Positions 16,907-27,172 of a stretch of 53,475 nt of DNA are shown piece after piece. How positions within the stretch are numbered: the stretch's first letter is position 1; every line of letters starts with the position of its first letter. A program made the translations under genes and the position numbers. The DNA is from a virus (lineage: Duplodnaviria; Caudoviricetes): positions 1 through 53,475 of IMG/VR virus record IMGVR_UViG_3300045801_000004; one strand, written 5' to 3'. Below the pieces are notes generated by a model. That model had not been told where the DNA came from, did no database searches, and saw only the letters and a list, made by a program, of their open reading frames with translations.

Positions 16907-17242
16907 ATGCGTCCGATAGTCATTACAACGAGCGGCGTGTCTACGTCAAATCTCGCTCGAATGGACGAGTATGCGAACGCGCCCGTGTCGATTCAATGCA
17001 CGGCATCCGGCACCGTGACGTATACGGTGCAGACCTCCAACGACGATCCGAATAGCGTAACCAACCCCGTGCCACTCGCGTCCATGACGTGGGTCAGCAG
17101 TCTGGACACGAACGCCGTCGGCGCGACGGGTTCCATCAGCACGTATTGCGCGTGGCCGCCGCTGTTCATCCGTATCAACCAAACGGCGGGAACGGGTAGT
17201 GTGACCGCCACCGTCGTTCAGATGGGCGTGGCACCCTACTAA
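16907..17242 (+). CDS. Small virion structural protein
   Basis: TVTYTVQTSNDDP...IRINQTAGTGSVTATVVQMG; SD GAGG. Confidence 0.75.
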   Translation: MRPIVITTSGVSTSNLARMDEYANAPVSIQCTASGTVTYTVQTSNDDPNSVTNPVPLASMTWVSSLDTNAVGATGSISTYCAWPPLFIRINQTAGTGSVTATVVQMGVAPY

Positions 17243-19383
17243 TGTCAAACGAGAAAATCAGCGAATTACCCCCAGGCGCACCAGCCCAAGCGGCCGATGC
17301 GTTGCCGATTGCTCGAGGCGGCGCGAACTATCAGCTCGCGGTGTCCGACATCGCGGCTTACGTTGGCACCAATGCGGGCGGCGTGGGTCTTGGCATTACG
17401 GGCGGCAATACGTCGGGCACGATTGGCATCGTGTCAACGGGCACCGTGCTACTGGCGGGCGGCAATAACATCACGCTGTCGCAGAATGGCCCGCAAATCA
17501 CAATCATTGGCGCGGCAGGCGGCGGTACGGGCGGCGTCAATGTCAGCGCGGCGGGAAACATCACGGGCACCGTCAGCGTCATCTCGTCGGGCACGGCGGT
17601 ATTCGCGGGCGGCAGCAATATCACGCTGTCGCAGTCGGGCAATGCGATTTCGATCATCGGCGCGGCGGCGGGCACGGGCGGCCAGACATCGGGCGGGATC
17701 TCGCTGGTCGGCACCAACACGGTCGGCCTCACGAGCGGCAGCTACGCCCAGAGCAATCTCACGATGTCTGGCGCAGGATTGGTGTCGTTGGGATTCTTCA
17801 ACGGTAGCCTCGTGGTATCGGGTCCCGGCACGACGGGTCTTTCGCAGTCGATTTATGCGACCGGCAACACGATTTCGTCAAGTTCGGGCACGAACAACAT
17901 CGGCAGTTTGGTATTTTCTGGCGCGGGGAATGTCTCGGTCGGCGTCACCAACGGCTCGGTGTTGATTTCGGGTTCTGGCGGAGGCGGTGGTGCGGGTGGC
18001 GTCGGGTTTGGCGTGTCAACCGGCGGCAACACGTCCGGCAATACTGGCACGTTTACGAGCGGCACGGTGGCGCTTGCTGGCATTGGCGCGATCACGATGT
18101 CGCAAGCCACCGGCACAGGCGGCGCGACGATTTCGGTGAGCGCGCCTGCGGTGTCGTCGTTGTCTGGCACCGGCAATGCGTCAATTGCGTTGATTGGATC
18201 GACGATTTCCATCGGCGCCAATGCGGCGGCGGTGTCGGTCGGCGGCAATTCGACGAGCGGCGGGTCGGGCTATTCCAACATCTCGACCGGCACGGCTCTG
18301 TTTGCGGGTGGCAACAACATCACGCTATCTCAGAACGGCAGCGTCATCAGCATCATCGGCGCGGCAGGCGCGGCTGGCAACGTGTACTTGAGCGCGGGCG
18401 GCAACACCACGGGCACGCTTGGGCTGATTTCGACCGGTACGGCACTCTTTGCGGGCGGCGCGAATATTACGCTGTCGCAATCGGGTAACACGATCTCCAT
18501 CGTTGGCGGCGCGGGCGGCGGCCTCAATTCGGCGACCGTCTATGGCGCAGGCAATACGACCAACAGTTCGTCGGCGACGTTGGCGTTGTCGTCGCTGGTG
18601 TTCAATGCATACGGCGCGCAGTCGGTGGGATTTAGCAACGGGTCGGTGCAATTGTCCGCACCCCCAGTATCGTCCATCATCGGCACCGGCCTTGTGTCGG
18701 TGTCGGTCACGGGATCGACTATTTCGATTGGCGTCCCTGGCGCTTACCTGACGCGATCCATTTACCCGCAGGCGCAATTAGCGGCGATCTCAGCGCCCAG
18801 TAATGCCTCCTTGTCGGTGCAATACATCCCGATTGATAGCCCCGTCACGGGCTCCAGAATCGACGCCTTGGTGGGATTGTCGGCAAGCTCAGCGGCGGCG
18901 TCCAACACGGCGGCGTTCGCGTTCTCGGTGTACATGGGGATTTCGACCCGCAACGGCACGGCGTTGTCGTCACTATCGTCGGGGTCCACGCAAACGACGT
19001 ACTCGTATGCGTCTAATACGGCCGGCAACACGCAGCTCACCGCATCGGCGATTCGTGCGATTTCCTGCCCGATCAATTTCAACTTGGTTCCTGGCGAGTA
19101 TTTCGTTGGCGTCAATATCATCACCGCAACGTCCAGCGTAGGCGCGGCAACCACGAGTCTCGGCATGACCATGAGCATGTACGGGGGCACCAACATTGCG
19201 ACGGCGTTGCCCTACGCGGACATTACGGCGAACACCGCAACCTCCAGCAACTTGTATTACGGGCAAGGCATGTTCACGGCGGCAACGACCGGCATGCCGG
19301 TGTCCATCGGCCTATCCAACATTGCGCAAACCGGAGCGAGCCAAGCGCAGGCCAACATCGGTTTGGTATTTAGGAACGGCTAG
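17242..19383 (+). CDS. Gly/Ser/Thr-rich repeat fibre protein
   Basis: N-terminal KISELP motif; four (L/F)AGG.NITLSQ.G..I.I.G repeats plus related repeats. Confidence 0.8.
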   Translation: MSNEKISELPPGAPAQAADALPIARGGANYQLAVSDIAAYVGTNAGGVGLGITGGNTSGTIGIVSTGTVLLAGGNNITLSQNGPQITIIGAAGGGTGGVNVSAAGNITGTVSVISSGTAVFAGGSNITLSQSGNAISIIGAAAGTGGQTSGGISLVGTNTVGLTSGSYAQSNLTMSGAGLVSLGFFNGSLVVSGPGTTGLSQSIYATGNTISSSSGTNNIGSLVFSGAGNVSVGVTNGSVLISGSGGGGGAGGVGFGVSTGGNTSGNTGTFTSGTVALAGIGAITMSQATGTGGATISVSAPAVSSLSGTGNASIALIGSTISIGANAAAVSVGGNSTSGGSGYSNISTGTALFAGGNNITLSQNGSVISIIGAAGAAGNVYLSAGGNTTGTLGLISTGTALFAGGANITLSQSGNTISIVGGAGGGLNSATVYGAGNTTNSSSATLALSSLVFNAYGAQSVGFSNGSVQLSAPPVSSIIGTGLVSVSVTGSTISIGVPGAYLTRSIYPQAQLAAISAPSNASLSVQYIPIDSPVTGSRIDALVGLSASSAAASNTAAFAFSVYMGISTRNGTALSSLSSGSTQTTYSYASNTAGNTQLTASAIRAISCPINFNLVPGEYFVGVNIITATSSVGAATTSLGMTMSMYGGTNIATALPYADITANTATSSNLYYGQGMFTAATTGMPVSIGLSNIAQTGASQAQANIGLVFRNG

Positions 19384-21476
19384 TGTCGGTTTTCGACAAT
19401 AACATGGTGGTGTTTGGTACGGGCGGCCTCGTACTCGGAAGCAACGGATTCACGCCACCGCCGCAGCAGGCCGCGACGCCAACGTTTTCGCCAGCCTCCG
19501 GCACCTACACGAGCACGCAAACCGTCACCATCAGTTGCGCGACACCGAGCTCAACGATTTATTACACCACGGACGGTACGCAACCGACGTACCCGGTGAG
19601 CGGCACGACCGCGCAATATACGGGGCCTATTGCGGTCAACGTATCCGAAACCGTCAACGCGATTGCCATTGCGTCTGGGTACACGACGAGCAGCGTTGGC
19701 ATGGCGATTTACACGATCAGCTCCGGCGCGCAGGCACTCATTGTGACTCGAGCGCCAAATGGCGGCTCCTATGCGGGAACGCAATCGGTAACGCTGGCTG
19801 CTGGCACGTTTGGATCAAAAATCTACTACACGACGGATGGCACCACGCCAACCACGTCAAGTTTGCAGTATTCGCCAGCGTCGCCAATTCAGATCACGGG
19901 CAACACCCAATTGTCAGCGATTGCTGTCGCGCCCGGATATTCCAACAGTCTGGTTAGTAGTTCGTTCTATTACATTTACAGCGCGCAAGTCGCGACGCCG
20001 ACGTTCTCGCCAGCGGGTGGCTCGTACACGGGAAGTCAATCGGTGGTGATCAACGTCGCGACATCCGGCGTGACGATCTACTACACCACGGACGGCTCGC
20101 AGCCCACCACAAGCAGCAACGTCTACAGCGGCCCCGTTGTGGTATCCGCGACCGGCGTCGTCAAGGCGTTTGCGACTAAAACGGGTCTCGCGCCCAGCGT
20201 AATCGGGGGTGCTGGATACACCATCAATGGCGTCGTGTACAACAAACGATTGCCGTATTCCAGCGCCGGCATCAAAGTTGTTGGCAACACGTTTAGCAAT
20301 GGCACGCAACAAGGCATCCTCATGGGCGCCAACATGTCGGGACTTGAGTACATCCCAGTACAAGAAGCGTTTACAGGGGCTGGGGAGACTGGCGATTGGG
20401 CGGGAATTGCGCCCAATTGGTCAAATGCTGCGACATGGAATTTCAATTGTGTCCGCATACCACTAAATGCGGGTTCTTGGCTTGGGCTTACATGCACGGC
20501 GATCAACAGCGCCGGGACCGGATGGGGAACAACTGCCAATTGCGATCACAACGGCACCTATCGAGCATCGGTGCTTTCCGCCGTCGCAAGCGCCAATGCC
20601 ATTGGTTGCTATGTCATTTTGGACCTCCATTGGTCGGCACCCTATTTGACGATTGGCGGCGTCACAAATTTGACCGCGCCATTAGGTCAACCCCCGTTTG
20701 CCAACACCGATACGGATACGGCGTTTTGGGCCAGCATTGCGCAGACGTTCGCGGGCAATCCCACGGTGATGTTTGAGCTATTCAACGAACCTTATTCGAG
20801 CGGATACACGAGCGAAACCAACGCACGGTCACTGGCTCTGTACGGCGGGGCATTCTCTCGGTGGACGCAAACCGGCTATAGCTACAACGCGCAAAATACC
20901 GGCAATTGGTATCAACTGGGTTTCCAGTCAATGGTCACCACGATTCGTCAATACGCCACCAATGTGATCCTTTACAGCGGCCAAGAGTTTTCGCAGTCGA
21001 TGAAGTACCGCATTCAGGATCTGCCCTACGATCCGCTCGGAAACATTGCCGCGATTGCGCATCCTTATCCCAATACCTATAACGGCAACAACAACTACCC
21101 CTACAGTGCCTATGGTCCTTACGGAGCCGTGGGTGCGGATACGGGATATGCCGCTCCGTCAGCGACTGATATTCTGGAATCCGTGAACGTGCTATATGGT
21201 GGCATACCCGTCATGAACACAGAGGACGGCGGCACAGCAGGCACGGCCGCGACGGCAACGCCTTACAGCGAACCGCACATCGCCTACATGGCGTATAATT
21301 TTTGCGATACCTATGGCGCGTCGTTCATCGCATGGCAGTTCAATTTGATCGCGAGCTGGAACACGACCAATACGAGCAATTTTCTCAATCGCACGACGAG
21401 TGCGACGAATTCGACGGCGGTGCCAATCACCGGGCAGGGAACGACGTTTTATAACTGGACGACGGGGCACGCATGA
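19383..21476 (+). CDS. Three chitobiase-C/Fn3-associated domains plus a GH5 glycoside hydrolase
   Basis: Three IYYTTDG..P domains; GH5 motifs GANMSGLE, VRIPLN, ILDLHW, FELFNEP (acid/base), AHPY, PVMNTEDG (nucleophile), AWQF. Confidence 0.88.
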   Translation: MSVFDNNMVVFGTGGLVLGSNGFTPPPQQAATPTFSPASGTYTSTQTVTISCATPSSTIYYTTDGTQPTYPVSGTTAQYTGPIAVNVSETVNAIAIASGYTTSSVGMAIYTISSGAQALIVTRAPNGGSYAGTQSVTLAAGTFGSKIYYTTDGTTPTTSSLQYSPASPIQITGNTQLSAIAVAPGYSNSLVSSSFYYIYSAQVATPTFSPAGGSYTGSQSVVINVATSGVTIYYTTDGSQPTTSSNVYSGPVVVSATGVVKAFATKTGLAPSVIGGAGYTINGVVYNKRLPYSSAGIKVVGNTFSNGTQQGILMGANMSGLEYIPVQEAFTGAGETGDWAGIAPNWSNAATWNFNCVRIPLNAGSWLGLTCTAINSAGTGWGTTANCDHNGTYRASVLSAVASANAIGCYVILDLHWSAPYLTIGGVTNLTAPLGQPPFANTDTDTAFWASIAQTFAGNPTVMFELFNEPYSSGYTSETNARSLALYGGAFSRWTQTGYSYNAQNTGNWYQLGFQSMVTTIRQYATNVILYSGQEFSQSMKYRIQDLPYDPLGNIAAIAHPYPNTYNGNNNYPYSAYGPYGAVGADTGYAAPSATDILESVNVLYGGIPVMNTEDGGTAGTAATATPYSEPHIAYMAYNFCDTYGASFIAWQFNLIASWNTTNTSNFLNRTTSATNSTAVPITGQGTTFYNWTTGHA

Positions 21477-22375
21477 GCATCAATTATGGGCAAATCGGCG
21501 TCGGCGTCAACAACAGCGTCAATCAGCCCTACACCATTGTCACAAGCGCGGTGACGACGGCGGCGACTGGCTCCAGCTTTATGGCCTACCTAGTCCACCG
21601 TCAACCGACACAATTGCGCACGCCAACGTTATCCGACAACTTTGGCAATACGTATGTTGCGGTTGGCACCACGTTTGATGACGCTTCGTCTTGGACACTA
21701 TGCCGTTATTTGTGCGTCAACGGCAATGGCGGCGCGGGCCATCAGGTAACCGCTACCAACATCGCCACTGGCAGCGGCACGATTACCGGCACAACGTCCA
21801 CGACCATTACAGATACGTCGCAAAGTTGGACGACGAATCAGTGGGTCAATTACACTTGTTGGGATTCGACAAGGCTCAGCACGGCGGTCGTCACATCCAA
21901 TACCGCTAACACGCTTACGTTTTCCGCAATTCCTGGGAGCGCCAACATTGGCGATAGCTATCAACTGGGCGGCATGTTTGGCACGCTTGTGATGATAGAA
22001 ATTACTGGCGGATTGCCGTCTGGTCTTTTGGATCAATATAATCAAACTGGCGGGTTCTTAGGATCACCATTTAGGCCGGGTGCAATTACGCTTGGATCGG
22101 AAGCGGTTAACAGCGCGCTGCTGTTGTCGTTGTATCAAACCGAGACGTTCGCTTCTATTTCGTTTGCAGAATCGACCGGATTTACCATACTTTACAGCTA
22201 TGGAAACGCAACTGCCTATCCGACGCAAGCAGTGTTTGCAATTGCCTATCAAATCGTCGCGCCCGGAACTTACAACCCGTCATGGACTGGCGGCGGTAAT
22301 ACGGCGTCCATGGTCACCGTGGAGTCATTCTTGGGACAACTCATCAACGGGGCGGCCATCGCGTGGGTCAAATAA
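21473..22375 (+). CDS. Virion surface protein, paralog of 27172..27897
   Basis: Shared blocks GQIG, D.F.NTY, C.NG.GGA.HQ, ALLLS, ES.GFTI, TY.PSWT. Confidence 0.75.
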   Translation: MSINYGQIGVGVNNSVNQPYTIVTSAVTTAATGSSFMAYLVHRQPTQLRTPTLSDNFGNTYVAVGTTFDDASSWTLCRYLCVNGNGGAGHQVTATNIATGSGTITGTTSTTITDTSQSWTTNQWVNYTCWDSTRLSTAVVTSNTANTLTFSAIPGSANIGDSYQLGGMFGTLVMIEITGGLPSGLLDQYNQTGGFLGSPFRPGAITLGSEAVNSALLLSLYQTETFASISFAESTGFTILYSYGNATAYPTQAVFAIAYQIVAPGTYNPSWTGGGNTASMVTVESFLGQLINGAAIAWVK

Positions 22376-23160
22376 TGGCTAAACCGCAACTGGTCGTGAC
22401 GGACATGTCGGGGCATCACGCGCAGAACATGCCGGAAACTGTATCGCGGTTGCAGCGGGGTGGGTCGTGGAAGCGGCAGAGGATAATCGTGATACTGCCG
22501 GCCGCCGACCTCGTGCCAGCCAAGTGCGTGTTGTCTTGGTGGAATCTTGCCTTCCCGCCAAATAATGGCGTCGTAAAAATCATGGCTTTAGGCGATGAAG
22601 TGGGCGAGGCATATTCGCGGGCCATTGAATCGGTATTAGCGCATCCAGAACTTTCGCAATGGGAATACATACTGACGCTGGAACACGATAACGCCCCTCC
22701 GGCAGATGGCGTAATCAAGCTAGTGGAGCGCATGGAACAGCATCCAGAATTCGCATGGATCGGTTCGCTTTATTTCACAAAAGGCATGGGCATCCCGCGC
22801 AACGATGGTTCCGGCACCGTGAGCGGCGGCGGCTGCGCGCAAATTTGGGGTGACATCAACGACAAGTCTGGAATCAATTTCCGTCCTATGCCACCGGACC
22901 CAAACGGCGGTTTGGTGGAATGCCATGGGACTGGCATGGGAATGACTTTGTTTCGATTAGCGATGTTCAAAGACGAACGACTTGAGCGGCCGTGGTTTCG
23001 CACAAAGCGTGGCGCGAATGGTGAGGGCTTAGCTACGCAAGACTTGGTTTTCGCAGCGGATGCAAAGAAACATGGATACCGATGCGCCGTTGATTGTGGC
23101 GTAAAAACGGGACATTACGACCTAAAAGGTGAGTTCGGAATGCCGGACACGATGTATTAA
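22375..23160 (+). CDS. GT-A fold (GT2-like) glycosyltransferase
   Basis: YILTLEHD (DxD variant), GMGMTLFR, PWF, QDLVF...GYRCAVD.GVKTGH. Confidence 0.75.
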   Translation: MAKPQLVVTDMSGHHAQNMPETVSRLQRGGSWKRQRIIVILPAADLVPAKCVLSWWNLAFPPNNGVVKIMALGDEVGEAYSRAIESVLAHPELSQWEYILTLEHDNAPPADGVIKLVERMEQHPEFAWIGSLYFTKGMGIPRNDGSGTVSGGGCAQIWGDINDKSGINFRPMPPDPNGGLVECHGTGMGMTLFRLAMFKDERLERPWFRTKRGANGEGLATQDLVFAADAKKHGYRCAVDCGVKTGHYDLKGEFGMPDTMY

Positions 23161-23170
23161 GGAACAATCA

Positions 23171-23779
23171 ATGAATGCAGTTGTACAAGAATTGCCGACA
23201 ATTATTCCCGCGCTAGACATCGGCTGCGGCCCGAACAAGGCCAAGGACCATATCGGCATGGACGCGATAGCCTTTCTCGGCGTCGATGTCGTGCATGACC
23301 TTCGCGTGACGCCGTGGCCGTTTGCCGACAACAGCGTGGAGACCGTCCATTGCTCGCACGTACTGGAGCACCTGACTAACCTCAACGACAAGTGGGAGCG
23401 CGTCAAATTTTTCAATGAGCTTTGGCGCGTGATGGTCCCCGTCGAATACAACAGCGCCGGATTGCCCGTCAAAGGCGTTGCAAAAGTTATCTTGCCGCAT
23501 TGGGGCTCAACGCGATATTACGGGGACCCCACGCACAAGGAGCCGTTTAGCGAGTTCGGCGTGTGTTATCTAGATCCGGTTTGGCGGAAAGCAAACGCGC
23601 CGCATACGGACATTGAGCACAATCCGAACGGCTACAACTGCCATTGGGCTGTATCGTATGACTACACGCTGCATCAGAGCCTTGCTGGCCGCAATCAGGA
23701 ATACCTGTCGCACGCGATCACATTTTGGCGCGAGGCCGCGCAGGATCTTATTTTAACCATGTCGTGTGTGAAGAAGTAA
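23171..23779 (+). CDS. Class I SAM-dependent methyltransferase
   Basis: LDIGCG motif I, HDL..TPWPFADNSV..V.CSHVLEH, DPTH. Confidence 0.88.
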   Translation: MNAVVQELPTIIPALDIGCGPNKAKDHIGMDAIAFLGVDVVHDLRVTPWPFADNSVETVHCSHVLEHLTNLNDKWERVKFFNELWRVMVPVEYNSAGLPVKGVAKVILPHWGSTRYYGDPTHKEPFSEFGVCYLDPVWRKANAPHTDIEHNPNGYNCHWAVSYDYTLHQSLAGRNQEYLSHAITFWREAAQDLILTMSCVKK

Positions 23780-24217
23780 ATGCCACTCTCCGCCTATTGC
23801 GTCACCGTCGGCGAAAGCAACAATTGCGCGACGGTTTCCACGTCCGGTACGCCCGGGGTTTACAACCTCTACGTCAACCAATACGCGACGTATACGGCGG
23901 TGTTTACAATGGTGTCCAACCCCTGCTGCGGCGCTGTGGGCTCGTCGGCGTCGCCGATTGACTTGACGCTATATACGGCGGCGTTGCAGATCCGCCCCTT
24001 TGCGGGATCAACGACGCTGTTCTATGACGCGGGCGCGGCGGGCGACATCACGCTGGGCGGCACGGCAGGCACAATTACGCTCGTGATTGACGCCACGGAC
24101 ACTGGGAACTTCACTTGGTTCCAAGGCGTGTACGACTTGATTCTGACGGATTCCCTGGGCGTTTCGACTCGAGTCTTGCAAGGCAGCGTGATCGTGTCAC
24201 CGGGAGTCACGACTTGA
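23780..24217 (+). CDS. BppU/LtfC-like Ig-fold adaptor protein
   Basis: PIDLTLYTAALQIR...GTITL.I...T......GVYDL......RVLQG.V.VSPGVT. Confidence 0.7.
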   Translation: MPLSAYCVTVGESNNCATVSTSGTPGVYNLYVNQYATYTAVFTMVSNPCCGAVGSSASPIDLTLYTAALQIRPFAGSTTLFYDAGAAGDITLGGTAGTITLVIDATDTGNFTWFQGVYDLILTDSLGVSTRVLQGSVIVSPGVTT

Positions 24218-24240
24218 GCGCAAATATCACACTTATTTCA

Positions 24241-24269
24241 TTGACGCAACTAGCATTTTGTAATAAATT
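24241..24269 (+). promoter_or_regulatory. Sigma70-type promoter
   Basis: TTGACG-17 bp-TAAATT in an AT-rich gap. Confidence 0.55.
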
Positions 24270-24298
24270 CAATCCCACTTTAACCTGAGAAGTACGCT

Positions 24299-24700
24299 AT
24301 GTCCCTTCAGTACACGACAACGCATCGAACGACTTGCATGTCGGACTTGATTACCGCTGTCGGTTCGACGGGATACCTACTGATTTACAACGGCACGCCG
24401 CCCGCCAACGTCGCGACCGGCGACGGCAACACGATCTTGGTGTCGCTACCTCTCTCTAACCCCATCGGCGTGTCATCTGGCGGCGTGTTGACGTTTAGCA
24501 CGATCACATCGGCCGCTGCGGGCGTGACCGGCACCGCGACGCATTTTCGCATTTGCACGTCAAGCGCGGGCACGACCTGCATCATCCAGGGCACGGTCGG
24601 CACGTCGGGCGCGGATCTCAATTTTGCGGCGGGCGTCGGGTTTACGGTTGCCGAGACAATCTCAGTTAGCAGTTTCACGATTACGGCCACGGGTGCCTGA
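24299..24700 (+). CDS. Virion structural protein
   Basis: LLIYNGTPPA...TGTATHFRI...QGTVGTSGADL, a common phage structural pattern. Confidence 0.75.
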   Translation: MSLQYTTTHRTTCMSDLITAVGSTGYLLIYNGTPPANVATGDGNTILVSLPLSNPIGVSSGGVLTFSTITSAAAGVTGTATHFRICTSSAGTTCIIQGTVGTSGADLNFAAGVGFTVAETISVSSFTITATGA

Positions 24701-24742
24701 AATATTTAGTTAATTCAATAACTTACACAGGTAGTTAAGCAA

Positions 24743-25309
24743 ATGTCGAATAACTCATGGAATCAAACGCTGGTCACGCTGCAAGCGGCAGGCCCGACTC
24801 TCTCGACCGGCGCTACCACGCAGTCGTCATTGCTCAACGGCCAAGCGCAGTTCACCTTCCCGGCCAACTTGCTCAAGATCGGAGACGCTTTTCGCGTCAA
24901 GGCCAAGGGCATCATTTCCAACGTCGTCACAACGCCAGGAACGGCGCTGTTTGCGTTGGTCAACACCACGCAGAGCGTCACGCTATTTAGTTCTGGCGCG
25001 CTGAACTTGAACGTCGTCGCCAAGACCAACGTGCCGTGGTCGCTGGACATTGATCTGGTCGTGCGTTCCATCGGGTCAGGCACGTCGGCGACGATCTGGG
25101 GTCAGGGCACGTTTGCGTCCGAAGCGGTCGTTGGCGCTGCCGCGAACGCCAGCGGCGGTAACGGCGTGCTGAACATTCCAGTCGGTTCGCTCGCCGCAAG
25201 CGCCGGATTCAATTCCTCGTCGTCCTTCGTGATCGACTTGCAGTTCTTGCAGACGGTCACGACTGGCAGCATCACCTGCGAGATGTACGAGCTGGCGTAC
25301 CTCACCTAG
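24743..25309 (+). CDS. Virion structural protein (beta-rich)
   Basis: PANLLKIGDAFRVKAKGIISN...TPGT; position in the structural block. Confidence 0.7.
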   Translation: MSNNSWNQTLVTLQAAGPTLSTGATTQSSLLNGQAQFTFPANLLKIGDAFRVKAKGIISNVVTTPGTALFALVNTTQSVTLFSSGALNLNVVAKTNVPWSLDIDLVVRSIGSGTSATIWGQGTFASEAVVGAAANASGGNGVLNIPVGSLAASAGFNSSSSFVIDLQFLQTVTTGSITCEMYELAYLT

Positions 25310-25312
25310 GCC

Positions 25313-27172
25313 ATGAGTTGGCTCGGAGCCACGAACCGATCTTATAACCCGCTCGGTTCGTCTGTTTCGGGAATTCTGGCGTATACGGAATTTTTCGATA
25401 CGCCGGTTGGAGTAGGCAACAGTCCGGGCGGCGCGACGCAGGTGTTTAGCTACGCCGACTTTTCATCGAACCCAAGCACGATTCACACGACGGGCGGTTT
25501 CGGTACTTACCCGCAGGTAATCGGTTCGCAGTATGTGCTGAACAGTTACAGTGGCCCGCAAGCGGGCCATAGCGCTGGCAGCGTGTGGTACACAACACAA
25601 CAAAATGTATCAGCGTTCACGACACAATTCACGTTTCAGATCTTGACAAATTCCACCGTGGGTCCGGCGCAAGGGTTTACGTTTGCCGTGCAGAATTCGG
25701 TAAGTCCGCCGGGTCCTTCGGGGTATGTTGGTCTTTCTGCGCAAGCAGATGCAAATGGTTGCGGATTTGGAGCATATGCACCGCCAACGAATCCGGCTTA
25801 TAGCTGGGTCACCAATAGCGTAGGCATGAAGTTTGATATTTCCGGGAACGGAATCGCAAACTTTGCTGCGGGCACCGAGCAACCCAGTTTTACAGGACTT
25901 TATTACAATGGAGGCCCGTTTTCTGGGCTTGTTGGCGCGAACGATCTTCAACCAAACGGAATAAATTTATTTAGCGGACACGTGTTCCAAGTGAACATCG
26001 TCTATGATGGCACATATTGGACGGCGGTCATACTAGACACAACGACAAATGCGCAGGCCCGGTATGTGTGGCCGGTCAACATTCCGCCCGTCCTTAATTC
26101 AAACGGCAGCATTGCCGCGACGAATAACGCTTACATCGGATTCACGGACGGGTGCGTCTCACTCGTCAATCCAGATCAATTAGCCATCAACAGTTGGACG
26201 TTTTCCACCGGCTACAACACTCGTTTAGCGACGCCGACTTTCAGCGTGGCATCCGGCGAATACGCTTCGACCCAAACGGTGACGATCAGCTATCCGAGCG
26301 GTTCGACCTGTTATTACACGACGAACGGCCTACTGCCGACGAGTGCCTCCACGCAATATACCGGCGCGATCACCATCAGTGCGAATACCGTGTTGCAAGC
26401 GGTGGCGATTCAATCGGGATACACCGACAGTTATATAGGTGAGTCATCGTATTGGATCGGAACCGCTAACATCGTCAACTTTCCCAGTGGGTTTGCGTCT
26501 GGTGATGGCGTCATCATTTGCGGGAACGCTATCTACAACGGATCAGTGATTCGACTTGTTTCGACGGGACAAACTCCGCATTCGATTGCGGCAGGTGCAA
26601 TGTGGTGGGCGGTCCCCGTCAATGTGCAATCGTCGTGGACCTCGATTTTTACTATGCAGGTTTCCAGTGATTCTGATTCAACCTCGGATCACGGCCTATG
26701 CTTCGTTCTTCAAAATTATCTCCCATCAACATCGACGCCGGGGAATAATGTCTATGTGAGCGGCGGCCCGACTACTCTTGGGGGCGGCGGCGGCCCAATG
26801 GGGTACGGTCCGGTGGCGCCAGGGACAGGAACGGGAACAACAGGAGGGATTCTCAATAGCGTAGCCGTGAGCATTAACGCCGGAAGCAATGGCACCGGGT
26901 TGTATACGAATGGCGTGTCACCTACAGGATCGGACACCACGATAACCGGCATCACGTTGCAAAGCGGTCATCTTATTCAAGTGACGGTTTCTTACAGTGG
27001 AACGACGCTCACTGTTGCGCTTGAGGATCTAACGACCCTTTCGACATTTTCGCACAGCTTCACTGGCGTCAACATTACGACCGACGTGGGTGCGAACTCG
27101 GCTTATGTGGGATTCACAGCCGGAACTGGAAGCGGGGCCAACATTGACATCACTAACTGGACGTACACCTAA
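25313..27172 (+). CDS. Two L-type (legume/ConA-like) lectin domains flanking a chitobiase-C/Fn3-associated domain
   Basis: Two copies of AG..W....NV..FT..F, G..F..QN, NSV....D/N, SGH..QV...Y.GT, AY.GFT; central ATPTFS...YYTTNG..P. Confidence 0.82.
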   Translation: MSWLGATNRSYNPLGSSVSGILAYTEFFDTPVGVGNSPGGATQVFSYADFSSNPSTIHTTGGFGTYPQVIGSQYVLNSYSGPQAGHSAGSVWYTTQQNVSAFTTQFTFQILTNSTVGPAQGFTFAVQNSVSPPGPSGYVGLSAQADANGCGFGAYAPPTNPAYSWVTNSVGMKFDISGNGIANFAAGTEQPSFTGLYYNGGPFSGLVGANDLQPNGINLFSGHVFQVNIVYDGTYWTAVILDTTTNAQARYVWPVNIPPVLNSNGSIAATNNAYIGFTDGCVSLVNPDQLAINSWTFSTGYNTRLATPTFSVASGEYASTQTVTISYPSGSTCYYTTNGLLPTSASTQYTGAITISANTVLQAVAIQSGYTDSYIGESSYWIGTANIVNFPSGFASGDGVIICGNAIYNGSVIRLVSTGQTPHSIAAGAMWWAVPVNVQSSWTSIFTMQVSSDSDSTSDHGLCFVLQNYLPSTSTPGNNVYVSGGPTTLGGGGGPMGYGPVAPGTGTGTTGGILNSVAVSINAGSNGTGLYTNGVSPTGSDTTITGITLQSGHLIQVTVSYSGTTLTVALEDLTTLSTFSHSFTGVNITTDVGANSAYVGFTAGTGSGANIDITNWTYT

